A DNA stretch of 64,000 nucleotides from Candidatus Cloacimonadota bacterium (lineage in GTDB: Bacteria; Muiribacteriota; UBA6191). The stretch covers positions 428,468 through 492,467 of the forward strand of contig JAGSHD010000001.1 in NCBI GenBank assembly GCA_023954715.1. The letters are read 5' to 3'. Below the pieces are notes generated by a model that was given only the letters and a program-made list of their open reading frames with translations, did no database searches and was not told where the DNA came from. This document shows positions 39,318 through 49,521 of the stretch, in pieces. Numbering within the stretch: the first letter of the stretch is position 1; each line of letters begins with the position of its first letter. The position numbers and the translations under genes were made by a program.

Positions 39318-41984
39318 TTAAAGTCTTCTACCTCGAGTGGCAAAGTCACTTGTTTGTAAGCGGCCGATTCTAGCTTTTGGATCTAGTTGTTTTTTAATTT
39401 TTCCTAAGTCTACGCCTAAATTTTTCAATTCAGTACTATAATCTCCAACTAAGTAATTCAATGCTTTTCGATCTTTTCTATCCATGCCAGCAATACTTTT
39501 AAAGGACTCTTCTACCATTTGAGCTACTTTATATCGTGAAAACCCATGAGATTGGACAGAAATAGATTTTGCTAAACGATTTTGAATAAATCCCTTCTTA
39601 TAAAATACTTCAATCAATTTCAAAGACTGAGTTTGATCTACTTGTGCAATAGACTCTTCTTTGTAAGATCTTGCCTTAGCTAGATTTTTTCTTTGCTCTG
39701 CTTCTTGACCAATAAACCTTGTAGAAATCATTGTTGTTCTACCATTTCTAAGGTAGTTGCCATCCATATCAGTGATATTAGGAGATACATAAAACTGAAA
39801 GTCTGACTTATCAGGTATACGTTGAAAGGAGCTAAAAAACAATTCCTTTCCACTCTTAGAAATATCAACTTTTCCCTTGTAGCTGTAGTTTGCTCCTTTT
39901 AAGAAAAACTCATCTCTGTTTAAAGACTTTGCATTTATCTTGCGATTAAAACGCACAACAATTTGTTGAGTACTTGAGTCCATAACCTTCTTAGGAAAGT
40001 TCTGAATCAAAAATGGAGTTGTATAAGTTGTTTTAAATTTAATAATGTTCTTTCCGGTTAAAGACGCACCATCACTTGTTTTTAAATCCTTTGATACTTT
40101 AACAGTAAAAATAGAAGCTTCTCCCAAATTTCGATATGGTTTAAGATTTAAAATTTGATCATTTTTCTCAAAGTTTAACTCTCCAGCTACTAGCTTACCT
40201 TTATTATATAATTGTAAAGACTGGGATGATACTGTAGCAGGGTCAATTTTTTGGTTAAATTTAACTCGCACCATAGCGTTTACAGGTACTTTTCTAGATC
40301 TATTTTTAGGAAATATTTTTTCTATCTCAAGATTTTGAATCTGTCTAGGTGGAATTCTTTTAGCTAAAGTTGGTCTACGAACTGACTGCAATTGTCCCAT
40401 TGTAGTGAAGTTAAACTCCGCTCTACCTGCCACTACTCTATATTTCATACCTTCTTTTAATTTATTTTTTGGTATAACATCTAATCTGTTTTGTGATTTT
40501 AGATATTTTGATTCAGAAGGAATCTCAACATCCCCTTCATATAGTTTAGCACTTAAATACCCTTCTTCTCCTTGATAGACCTCTCGTTTATAGATAAACG
40601 AAATCGGAGTATATAAAGCATTATTTTTAGAATCTAAACTCGGTATGGTTGCTAAAAGCATATCAGGGTTTTTTCTTGTGTAATACTCTTTCATAGAAAC
40701 AGGTTTTTTTGGAGTTGTTTCTGCAAGTTTTGAAAAGTCTACTGCTTCTGGTTCTTTTACTCTTTCACTTTCTATTTTTTCAAAAACGCTTTGTGATGTC
40801 TTTTCATTTAATGCTTGCATTGGAGAAGCTGTATCTTCAACTGCAGTAATCACTGGTGGATTATTTGAGTTTATAATTCCAGTTTGAGCTGGTTCTTCTT
40901 CTAAAAACTTTAAATCAAAGCCATGAGAATCAAAATTTACTTTTGGTGTATTTACTTGACTTGCCATTTCAACTTTTTCTTCTTTGATTCTCTTGTAAGT
41001 TTTTTCAAAGTTTTCTAAATTTTTAGTTTTGATTTCATTAATCTTTACTTTTAATTCAGAAAACTGCCCTTCTGAGTTAATTTTTTTCCAAGAATCTTGA
41101 AACTCTTTTGTAATTTTCACTTGTTTTATACCAAAAACCCCATGTTCTTGGCAGTCAAAAACTAAATTCATGTTGGAGATCTTTGGCATACTCGCTTCAA
41201 AATCACCTTTACTCACTTGAAATGTCTGATATGTATCTAAATCAAAGTAATAGATTTGAGAATGACCCGATCGATTAGAGTCAAAAAAGATTCCGTAACC
41301 ATTTTCTGAAAACACGGGATGAGCAGAAACTGTTTCTTCTTGCGTTAATTGCATGGGTACAGATCGTTCTAGCTCGATATTTTTTAAAAATAAATTGAAA
41401 GTTTTGTTTCTAAAAGAAGTGTAAACCAACAATCTACCATCGGGAGAATAAGATGGATAAAAGTCGTGATTACCAAAAACTGTTCGTTGAATTTTACTTT
41501 GATCTTTTAATGAATAACTCCATATATCAAAGTTTCCAGACTCATCAGAATCAAAAGATACTTCATTTCCATCAGGTGAAAAAACTGGATGATAGGCATT
41601 AAAGTCGCCCATGGTTATTTGCTTTGGAGAACTGGAGCTTTTTAAGGATTTTACAAATACATGTGACTTTCCTCGAACCATGTTGGTATATACTATTTGC
41701 TTATCATCATAACTAAAAGATGGGCTATCAATTTTACCTTGAATCCCCTTAACTTTTATTCCTTCTGATTTATCGCCTAAATACTTAATCCACAACTCCG
41801 AGTTTCCTCCGAGGTCCTTTATATAAGCTAAAATCTTCCCATTGTGAGATAAGGCGCCACTACTAGTTTTACTAGTACCTGAGGTTAACCATTTATACTC
41901 TATCTCTTGAGATACCCCGTGATTTATAAATATCAAAAATAATATTGAGCTTAATATAGATATTGTTTGAGTAAGCTTTATCAT
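39318..41984 (-). CDS. Secreted TolB-like WD40 beta-propeller protein fused to a long Ig-like/beta-rich C-terminal region
   Basis: Repeated PxFSPDG...DIWxx blades (PVFSPDGNEVSFDSDESGNFDIWSY; PSYSPDGRLLVYTS). Signal peptide MIKLTQTISILSSILFLIF starts at the ATG at 41984, so the track start at 42014 is likely over-extended. Confidence 0.65.
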   Translation of the reverse strand: MIKLTQTISILSSILFLIFINHGVSQEIEYKWLTSGTSKTSSGALSHNGKILAYIKDLGGNSELWIKYLGDKSEGIKVKGIQGKIDSPSFSYDDKQIVYTNMVRGKSHVFVKSLKSSSSPKQITMGDFNAYHPVFSPDGNEVSFDSDESGNFDIWSYSLKDQSKIQRTVFGNHDFYPSYSPDGRLLVYTSFRNKTFNLFLKNIELERSVPMQLTQEETVSAHPVFSENGYGIFFDSNRSGHSQIYYFDLDTYQTFQVSKGDFEASMPKISNMNLVFDCQEHGVFGIKQVKITKEFQDSWKKINSEGQFSELKVKINEIKTKNLENFEKTYKRIKEEKVEMASQVNTPKVNFDSHGFDLKFLEEEPAQTGIINSNNPPVITAVEDTASPMQALNEKTSQSVFEKIESERVKEPEAVDFSKLAETTPKKPVSMKEYYTRKNPDMLLATIPSLDSKNNALYTPISFIYKREVYQGEEGYLSAKLYEGDVEIPSESKYLKSQNRLDVIPKNKLKEGMKYRVVAGRAEFNFTTMGQLQSVRRPTLAKRIPPRQIQNLEIEKIFPKNRSRKVPVNAMVRVKFNQKIDPATVSSQSLQLYNKGKLVAGELNFEKNDQILNLKPYRNLGEASIFTVKVSKDLKTSDGASLTGKNIIKFKTTYTTPFLIQNFPKKVMDSSTQQIVVRFNRKINAKSLNRDEFFLKGANYSYKGKVDISKSGKELFFSSFQRIPDKSDFQFYVSPNITDMDGNYLRNGRTTMISTRFIGQEAEQRKNLAKARSYKEESIAQVDQTQSLKLIEVFYKKGFIQNRLAKSISVQSHGFSRYKVAQMVEESFKSIAGMDRKDRKALNYLVGDYSTELKNLGVDLGKIKKQLDPKARIGRLQTSDFATRGRRL

Positions 41985-42334
41985 TTGTGCCCTCCGAATA
42001 TGGCAGTCATACATTTTACTACCTTATCGGCCACTTTTTGTATTACTTTCACTATTTGAATGAAAAGAACTGAGCTTGAAATCGATAATTTAAATTGATA
42101 GTTTTTAAATTGAACTTATATTAATAGTCGCTTCAACAAATGCTAAAAAACTACTGTTTCTGCATGTTACTTTAATCATAAATTCTATTTCGAATTTAAT
42201 TTTTATGTTAGTATTTATAAAAACACAAGCATTTTGAACTCTATCCAATCTCAACTTCTTACGCAGTTCATATCCACAATTTAGATAAAAAACTTTATAG
42301 AGACAATGCTCCAATAAACTTATAGGACAACCTC

Positions 42335-42934
42335 ATGTCACCAAAGTTAAAATTTCAATCGGATCGACTCATAATTCGCCCTGCTCATAGAACAGACTAC
42401 CAAGAGTGGAGACGTGCTTACCTAGCTGAACTACCCAAACAAAGTTCTTTTGACCCTTCTCCAAGTCAAGGAGACTGTATAACTTACTCTGAATTTCTGG
42501 CTCAGCTTAAAAGATCGAAGCACCTAGTAAAAATGGGCTTAACCTTCAATTTTTTAGCTTTTAAAAAAAGCACCCAGCAGATTATCGGAGACTCTCAACT
42601 TTGGTGTGTACAACGAGGAGACTGTCAAAGAGCAACTTTAGGATTTTCTGTAATAAATAATCACTGGAGATTAGGTTATGGATTTGAAATTGCTCATGCT
42701 ACTATTTGTTTTGCAATCAAAGAAATGGGTTTAAACAGAATTGAAGCAGAAATCAGGCCAGATAATACGCCATCAATCAAACTTTGTGAAAAACTAGGTA
42801 TGCAATCAGAAGGAATTCGAAGACATGCACTGTATGAAGATAATCAATGGCAAGATCATCTCGTCTACTCTATTACTGCACAAGACCTAGGAATAACTGG
42901 TTTAAAGCCTTGTTCAGAGAAAGGTATAATTTAA
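42335..42934 (+). CDS. GNAT-family N-acetyltransferase (RimJ/RimL-like)
   Basis: RLGYGFEIAHATICFAI...NRIEAEIRPDNTPSIKLCEKLGM is the acetyl-CoA-binding motif A/B pattern. 199 aa. Confidence 0.7.
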   Translation: MSPKLKFQSDRLIIRPAHRTDYQEWRRAYLAELPKQSSFDPSPSQGDCITYSEFLAQLKRSKHLVKMGLTFNFLAFKKSTQQIIGDSQLWCVQRGDCQRATLGFSVINNHWRLGYGFEIAHATICFAIKEMGLNRIEAEIRPDNTPSIKLCEKLGMQSEGIRRHALYEDNQWQDHLVYSITAQDLGITGLKPCSEKGII

Positions 42935-43001
42935 GTCACTCATTTTTCACTAAGTAAGTACAACAACCTCATTTTCATATTTAGTAGGAATCGATTAAAA
43001 C

Positions 43002-44174
43002 TTAAGGTCTAAAAGTTTTACGCTTGATTTTAAAAGCTTTAGCCAGAACTTCAGCAGCAGCTGCAAAAAGAGTCTCTGAGATTTCTTGATTTAGTCCTAC
43101 TTGACGATAGAGCGCTCTTGCAAGCGGCTTATCCTCTATGATTGGTACGTCATTCTCACGTGCAATCTCTTTAATCTTATGAGCTATAATATTTTGTCCT
43201 TTAGCTACAACAACAGGAGCCGCAAAACCAGACTCCCTATCGTACTTTAAAGCAACAGCAAAATGAGTCGGGTTGGTTACCACGACATCGGCCTTAGGGA
43301 CCTCAGACATCATGTTACCTTGTGCCATCTCCATTTGCTTTTGTCGAATTTTAGCCTTTACTTGTGGGTCCCCATCCGTTTGCTTTCTCTCTTCTTTTAC
43401 TTCTTGCTTGGACATTTTTAAATCTTCGTTTGTTTTCCACTTTTGATACATCAAATCAAACAAACCATAAATAACCAAAACCAAGCCCATTTCAATAATC
43501 AAACGCACCATTAACCAAGCAATATAGTCCAAGGCATGGCCAATGGTCTCACCAAACAGTGCAGTCATCGTAGGATATTCATTGATAAACATTTTATAAG
43601 GAAAGTATCCTAAAATTACAAGCTTAATCAAAGACTTAGCTAATTCAACTAAAGCTTGTTTACCAATGATTTTTTTCATCCCATTTACAGGATTAAATCT
43701 CTGTAAATCTGGGGTCATGGATTCTGTAGAAAAATTAATCCCTACTTGTGAAATCTGAACGGTCATGGTTAAAATTATAACCACAAAAAATAATGGGCCC
43801 ATGATCAAGTACCAATATAAAATAATATCTAAAAAATAGATCCACATATCATTGGCTGTCATTTCTTGTACTTCAAACATTCGTAAGGAGCGATTAAACA
43901 TGTCACCAACGGCACCATAAAAACGCGGTAACATCATATAAACAAAAATCGTTAAAATCATTAAGTTTATTGCAGAGTTTAGATCCTCACTTTTGGGTAT
44001 GTTTCCCTTTTTTCGTGCATCAGCTTTACGCTTATCTGTCGGCTCTTCTGTTTTTTCCCCAGCGCTTTCTTCGAACTGAGTTAAATTTAATGGAAGCAGT
44101 AAGTCTAAGCTATCTAACTCTAAAGCAAATTGGTTTAGTTTATGGCCGCTGATATGTCTTTGATCTACTATCAT
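43002..44174 (-). CDS. flhB: Flagellar export-gate protein FlhB
   Basis: EKTEEPTDKRKADARKKGNIPKSEDL N-terminal signature, four TM helices, and the NPTHFAVALKY autocleavage motif. Confidence 0.85.
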   Translation of the reverse strand: MIVDQRHISGHKLNQFALELDSLDLLLPLNLTQFEESAGEKTEEPTDKRKADARKKGNIPKSEDLNSAINLMILTIFVYMMLPRFYGAVGDMFNRSLRMFEVQEMTANDMWIYFLDIILYWYLIMGPLFFVVIILTMTVQISQVGINFSTESMTPDLQRFNPVNGMKKIIGKQALVELAKSLIKLVILGYFPYKMFINEYPTMTALFGETIGHALDYIAWLMVRLIIEMGLVLVIYGLFDLMYQKWKTNEDLKMSKQEVKEERKQTDGDPQVKAKIRQKQMEMAQGNMMSEVPKADVVVTNPTHFAVALKYDRESGFAAPVVVAKGQNIIAHKIKEIARENDVPIIEDKPLARALYRQVGLNQEISETLFAAAAEVLAKAFKIKRKTFRP

Positions 44175-44938
44175 ACGAAATTACCTAAAAACGACGCCAT
44201 ATCTTTAAAGGAGTTGCCATACAATGCCTTTATCAGATTTACCATAAAAGGTAAAATAATAATATAAGTTACCATTCCAACTACAATTTGAAGAGGAATA
44301 CCTACCATAAAAATGTTTAGCTTAGGCATAGTTCTAGCCAAAACTCCCAATGCAAAATTAATCATAAATAATGGTGCTAAAATAGGTAAACTAATTTGTA
44401 CTGCTATTAAAAATATCTTATAAAAAGTATGAATCAAAATTGGAATACCTGTTACCTCAAAGGAAAACTCTCCTAAAGGAATAACAAAGTAGGAGTTTTG
44501 GTATGCATTAAAGACATAATGATGACCATCAATTACCAAAAATAAAAATGTCGCCAATGTAGAATTAAACTGCCCCATTGTAGTAGATCCCTCACCACTA
44601 GCAGGGTCAACAGCAGTTGCTATAGATAAACCCATTGGAGTCGAAATAATCGAACCTGAAAAGTTTAAAACTTCATTGACCAAAGCTACATTTAGTCCAA
44701 TTAATACACCAACAGCAAACTCTTTAACGCTGATGATCACTAGAGTTACATCATCCACAATAGGTACAAAAGTGTCTATTGGGATAGTAAAAAAGATAGA
44801 TAAACTTACCAAAAAGGCCATAAAAGCCTTAGCTTTAACAGGAAAGTTATTACTCGAAATCAAAGGAGTCATCATCAAAACTCCAACAAAACGAATAAAG
44901 CACAAAAAGAAGTTAATTATCGTTTCTACAGAGTCCAT
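44171..44938 (-). CDS. fliR: Flagellar export-gate protein FliR
   Basis: 255-aa polytopic membrane protein directly between fliQ and flhB with overlapping stop/start codons. Confidence 0.8.
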   Translation of the reverse strand: MDSVETIINFFLCFIRFVGVLMMTPLISSNNFPVKAKAFMAFLVSLSIFFTIPIDTFVPIVDDVTLVIISVKEFAVGVLIGLNVALVNEVLNFSGSIISTPMGLSIATAVDPASGEGSTTMGQFNSTLATFLFLVIDGHHYVFNAYQNSYFVIPLGEFSFEVTGIPILIHTFYKIFLIAVQISLPILAPLFMINFALGVLARTMPKLNIFMVGIPLQIVVGMVTYIIILPFMVNLIKALYGNSFKDMASFLGNFV

Positions 44939-45207
44939 TATCCGATGTATAAGTCGATATTTTCAATTAGATTAATGGCCCAGGTACTAATCTTAGATAT
45001 CATCCAAGGCCCCAATGCAATCACCGTACTCATCGTTGCTACTACTTTTGGAATAAATGTCAGGGTTTGCTCTTGTAAAGAAGTAGTTGTTTGAAAAACA
45101 GAAACAGCTAGTCCAACAACCAGACCTACTAACAAAGGAGGCAAGCCAACTAACATGGCCATCCACATGGTATCTTTTACTAAATTCATTGCAACTAGTT
45201 CGTTCAT
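44938..45207 (-). CDS. fliQ: Flagellar export-gate protein FliQ
   Basis: 89 aa with two TM helices. Position between fliP and fliR. Confidence 0.8.
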   Translation of the reverse strand: MNELVAMNLVKDTMWMAMLVGLPPLLVGLVVGLAVSVFQTTTSLQEQTLTFIPKVVATMSTVIALGPWMISKISTWAINLIENIDLYIG

Positions 45208-46079
45208 ACAATTATCGACTTCATTAAGGCATTAACAATCAGTGTCCAACCATCAATCAACACAAAGAGGAGTAACTTAAACGGAGTAGAAACCATGGCG
45301 GGTGGTAACATCATCATCCCCATAGACATTAAGGTAGTGGCAATAACCATATCCAACATCAAAAACGGTAAAAACAAAATAACGCCAAACTGAAAGCCAG
45401 TTTTAAACTCCGAAATAATAAATGCTGGTATCAATGTTAAAGTGGAAACATCATCAAAAGTTTTTGGCTTCTCCCCTTGAGACAGTTTTACAAAAATCTT
45501 TAAATCAGACTCTCTGGTAGCCCTTCTCATATACATACGTAAGGGCTCGAGCCCCTTTTTAAAGGCTGTTTTGTAATCTATTTGATTGGCAATATAGGGT
45601 TCAAGTGCATCCGTATTAATTTTGTTCCAGATGGGAGACATTTGAAACAAAGTCAAAAACATAGCAAGAGATACCAACATTTTATCAGAAGGCATTGATT
45701 GCGTACCAATGGCTTTTCTAGTAAATGACAATACGATTAATATCCTCGTAAATGGGGTCATCATGATCAAAATAGAAGGTGCTAAAGTTAGCAAGGTCAA
45801 AAGTAACACTAGCTTTAATCCTAAACTCAACTGTTTTGGACTAACTTCATCATCCATTTCTAAAGAAAACTTAGGCAGCGGAAATGCAAAATTTGTTTGA
45901 TCGTTATCAAGAGTGGTAGTTTTAACAGTCTCTCTAGACTTAGTGGTCTCTGAACCATCTCCTACCTTACCATTAAAAATCTCCTCAACAGTAGCTAAGG
46001 GCAATTGATCAGCCTGCACTACATTACCCATAAGAGGAAGAAAAAATGCTATAAAAAAGAAAATGATAAATTTATTCAT
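45204..46079 (-). CDS. fliP: Flagellar export-gate protein FliP (start moved to the ATG at 46079)
   Basis: Signal-like N-terminus MNKFIIFFFIAFFLPLMG, then conserved FliP core (PSILIMMTPFTRILIVLSFTR; MLPPAMVSTPFKLLLFVLIDGW). The 38-aa upstream extension in the track overlaps non-coding sequence. Confidence 0.85.
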   Translation of the reverse strand: MNKFIIFFFIAFFLPLMGNVVQADQLPLATVEEIFNGKVGDGSETTKSRETVKTTTLDNDQTNFAFPLPKFSLEMDDEVSPKQLSLGLKLVLLLTLLTLAPSILIMMTPFTRILIVLSFTRKAIGTQSMPSDKMLVSLAMFLTLFQMSPIWNKINTDALEPYIANQIDYKTAFKKGLEPLRMYMRRATRESDLKIFVKLSQGEKPKTFDDVSTLTLIPAFIISEFKTGFQFGVILFLPFLMLDMVIATTLMSMGMMMLPPAMVSTPFKLLLFVLIDGWTLIVNALMKSIIV

Positions 46080-46198
46080 ACAAAAACGTAAAGATTTGGT
46101 AAACTTTTGTCGATGTACTGAATTTATCCTATTTTTTAGAGGATCGCAAGGATTAAATAATCCTATGATCAAAATAGAGCTATCTATAAGCAAATAGA

Positions 46199-47740
46199 TT
46201 AATATCTGCGCTCTGTGCAGTTTCCTACTTTGTCACAAACTTCAATCTTAGATTGTAAACAATTGGTGATCTTAGAGGTGAGTATTATCCAATTACGATC
46301 TGAATCATAATCAAGGTCGCTACTCTTATCATTGCAAGTTAAGCTAATGGAATTTCGATCTACTCCAGACTCTACATCATTTACTTTTATATAATCAAAA
46401 GCCAGTCTTAGTCCTTTGTATCGATTGATCTCTTCTCCTAAAAAGGGAGCATACAAATCTTTTTTTACAGAGTAAATGCCTGTACTACGAATATCGCTAC
46501 TCACAAATCTATGATAGGTTTTAGTCGATAGAGACTTCCACTTTTTTACGAAGGGATCCCACCTACTTAAGTATAATTTGTCCGTATTTGATGAACGATA
46601 AATCAACTGAGCTTTTTTCATAAAGAACACATAAGAAGGAGAGACTTTAATTATTTCTATTCTATCTTGACCTAGCTCCTTTGAAGAATAGGACTCAATC
46701 TCTGCTCTGATATTTTGCACCGATCGCAAAGATTGGATTAAACTAAAGTCCCCTTGATACTCTGATAAATCAGCCCGATCGATCGAACTAATTTTATGAG
46801 ACGCCACTTTTAAATGAACCGTCTTTTTTGCAATATTTCCAAAAAAGTCTTCTACTTCAATTTCAAGTTTATGATCCCCAACACCTAGTATTCCGTCCTC
46901 AACAATATTTTCTATATATGAAGATGGCTTATCAAAGTCTTTATACATTTTATATACGTATTGCGTAGGAGATAGATGGGTATGACTCCCAACAAAATGC
47001 ATTTGCGTATTGGGGCTTTTACCATAGTGAATCGTTTCAAATCTAGCATTATAAATTTCATTTCCGTTATCTAACAATTTTAATTTATATACACTACACT
47101 TAGAATAAGAACCATCCATACGATCATCAAGCTTTAAAGCTATTCCATATTTACCGTGGAGTATATGATTCGATTTTAATGAGATAATTGGCTTTTTACT
47201 TTTGTAAGGAACTAAAAATACATCCCTAATTACTGGTGGGATATTATCTGTTATTCCAGAGAGGTACATACTACGCTTTTCTGACTTTGAGATACTAGAT
47301 CGCATCTCAAAATGCAAATGTGGAAACCCTGCTCCAGATTCACCACTATACCCAATCACTTCACCTTCCAAAAATTGAATCATCTTACTCGGAAAAATAT
47401 CATAAGTTTTAGATAATACCTTAGAGTCTAAATAATCTTGGATTTTAGGAGAAAAAGACTCCAAATGAGCATACACAGAAATATCTCCACTTTGATGTCT
47501 GATATAAAGCGCTTTTCCTTCGCCATGAATAATATTCTTTACCCTGTAAAGGGTTCCAGCTGCTACTGCTTGTATATCATGTCCTGTTATCTTTTGAGTG
47601 GATAGATCGATTCCCCCATGAAAATGAGACTCGCGGTACTCACAAAAGCTACCATTTACCTTTAAAGGGATTTTCATAGGAGGAACTAAAGCAAAACTAT
47701 TGGTATAGCAAAATAAGTAGAAAATTATAAATGGTCGCAT
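46199..47740 (-). CDS. Secreted M23-family (LytM-like) metallopeptidase
   Basis: HFHGGIDLS (HxxxD) and GFPHLHFE (HxH) motifs. Signal peptide. 513 aa, with the catalytic domain in the N-terminal third. Confidence 0.75.
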   Translation of the reverse strand: MRPFIIFYLFCYTNSFALVPPMKIPLKVNGSFCEYRESHFHGGIDLSTQKITGHDIQAVAAGTLYRVKNIIHGEGKALYIRHQSGDISVYAHLESFSPKIQDYLDSKVLSKTYDIFPSKMIQFLEGEVIGYSGESGAGFPHLHFEMRSSISKSEKRSMYLSGITDNIPPVIRDVFLVPYKSKKPIISLKSNHILHGKYGIALKLDDRMDGSYSKCSVYKLKLLDNGNEIYNARFETIHYGKSPNTQMHFVGSHTHLSPTQYVYKMYKDFDKPSSYIENIVEDGILGVGDHKLEIEVEDFFGNIAKKTVHLKVASHKISSIDRADLSEYQGDFSLIQSLRSVQNIRAEIESYSSKELGQDRIEIIKVSPSYVFFMKKAQLIYRSSNTDKLYLSRWDPFVKKWKSLSTKTYHRFVSSDIRSTGIYSVKKDLYAPFLGEEINRYKGLRLAFDYIKVNDVESGVDRNSISLTCNDKSSDLDYDSDRNWIILTSKITNCLQSKIEVCDKVGNCTERRY

Positions 47741-47745
47741 CGGCT

Positions 47746-49521
47746 TTAAGTAGTACTCACTTTGTTTCGTCCAGATTCTTTTGATACATATAGGGCCTTA
47801 TCAGCAAGTTGAATCAACTCATCCATATCGGTAGCATCATCATTGAAACAAGCAACTCCAAAGCTCATAGTTATGGGCCATTCACTTATGCCACTTTGCT
47901 TAGCAAGGGTCTCTTCAGCACTAATTCGGATCCTGTTAGCCAGAGAAACTGCTCCTTTTTTACCTGTTTCTGGTAAAATAATAGCAAATTCCTCGCCGCC
48001 GATTCTGGCAACAAAGTCGATATTATCTCTAGCTTCAGCCAAAAGAATATTAGAAGCGTTTTTAATTACCTGATCCCCAACAACATGACCATAAGTATCA
48101 TTTACACGCTTAAAAAAATCAATATCAGCATAGATTAATGAAAAAGTTAAATTGTAACGCTTAGCCTGTACAATGGTCTCGTTCATTCGATCCAAGAAGT
48201 ATCTTTTGATATAAAGACCAGATAAACCATCGGTAATTGCTAAATTATATAGTTTCATGTTTTCGATAGATCTTGCTAATAACGAAGCTAAACCTAAAAG
48301 CAATCTTTGATCTTCACTTGTAAAAGATCCTTCTAGTTTGTTAATTACGTTAATAACACCAATTGCCTTTCCGTCGACAATGAGTGGAACACATATCATA
48401 GATTTAATGCTAGACTCTCGTGGCTGATCTATTGTACAAAAATGTCTGTCTTTTGCTCCTTCATGAGCGATGTAAGGCTCTAAATCTTGAAAGACTTTAC
48501 CAGCAACACCTTCATTCCAACCAATACTAACACTGCCTTGTGGAAAACAATATTCACCTCGAACCAAACGAGGCACCAATACCTTTTCTCTTTCATCAGC
48601 TAATAGTAGAGATGCCCATGAAGCACTCAATCCCTGCCAACAAGAGTCTAAAATATGATCCAAAACTTCATTTGAATAACACTTGGAGTTCATCTTTAAA
48701 CTGGCATCCATTAAGATTTTTTGCTCGTATACTTTTCTGTCTAGTTTTTGATTGGATTTTTTTAGTTCAACAATTTGATTTTCAATGGTGTTAGACATGG
48801 CAAACAAAGAGCCTTTGAGCTCACCTTCTTCACGAAAATAATTTTTGGACTCTTTAATCTCATAATCACCATTTTCGATTGACTTTGCAATACCAACCAT
48901 ATTTTGTATAGATCGATTGATTTGATGTGCAATGATGACTCCTAATACAAAACACATAACTAAGGCCACTAAAAAAACCTTGATGAGAATCGTCTTTAAA
49001 TTACCTAAAGATTTATAAATATAGTCCTTTCTCACTCCTAGATGAACCGAACCATAAAATTGCTTTAAGTTTTCAATTCGAATCGGATAAATCACATCAA
49101 TAATATCCTCTCGTGCCTTAGATACTATCCATGAATCGATTTTATCCTCACTACCAGAGCTTTTAAAATCTCTTTGCCAGTTTGCAATTTTACTCAGTGA
49201 AAACCTTGTGCCAATTTTAGATGGATTAGTATGGGAAAGACAAATACCATCACGATCTAATATATAAGCATACTCTGTATCAGCTCCTTCAATACCTAGC
49301 TTTAGGATATTAGGGAGCTCTACGAAATTATTAGTCAAAATAAATGTCTTTGAAGATACTCCGATAGATCGAGCCACAATTTTTGAATTACGTAGAAGTA
49401 AATCACTTAGGGCTTCATCTTGAAATGTCATCACTCGATATCCGGTTATCGCTAATATAATACCCGTTAAAACCGAAACAAATAATGTCACTTTTTGAAA
49501 AATACCAAGTTTACTTAACAT
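47746..49521 (-). CDS. Membrane sensor diguanylate cyclase: two TM helices flanking a periplasmic domain, then HAMP, GAF and GGDEF (GGEEF) domains
   Basis: RIGGEEFAIIL active-site motif. A GAF-like middle region. N-terminal TM, a periplasmic loop of about 150 aa, a second TM (LVALVMCFVLGVIIAH), then HAMP. Confidence 0.8.
   Translation of the reverse strand: MLSKLGIFQKVTLFVSVLTGIILAITGYRVMTFQDEALSDLLLRNSKIVARSIGVSSKTFILTNNFVELPNILKLGIEGADTEYAYILDRDGICLSHTNPSKIGTRFSLSKIANWQRDFKSSGSEDKIDSWIVSKAREDIIDVIYPIRIENLKQFYGSVHLGVRKDYIYKSLGNLKTILIKVFLVALVMCFVLGVIIAHQINRSIQNMVGIAKSIENGDYEIKESKNYFREEGELKGSLFAMSNTIENQIVELKKSNQKLDRKVYEQKILMDASLKMNSKCYSNEVLDHILDSCWQGLSASWASLLLADEREKVLVPRLVRGEYCFPQGSVSIGWNEGVAGKVFQDLEPYIAHEGAKDRHFCTIDQPRESSIKSMICVPLIVDGKAIGVINVINKLEGSFTSEDQRLLLGLASLLARSIENMKLYNLAITDGLSGLYIKRYFLDRMNETIVQAKRYNLTFSLIYADIDFFKRVNDTYGHVVGDQVIKNASNILLAEARDNIDFVARIGGEEFAIILPETGKKGAVSLANRIRISAEETLAKQSGISEWPITMSFGVACFNDDATDMDELIQLADKALYVSKESGRNKVSTT

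Noticed and set aside
42105-42314. 69-aa minus-strand ORF in the TolB-like/GNAT intergenic region
   Set aside because: It sits in an AT-rich promoter region with no SD and a low-complexity product. It is likely spurious.
46080-46198. Possible fliO remnant or terminator between the M23 peptidase gene and fliP
   Set aside because: Only a 6-bp aggatt/aatcct hairpin without a U-run. There is no ORF with a TM helix. The track's 38-aa N-terminal extension of fliP is probably untranslated.
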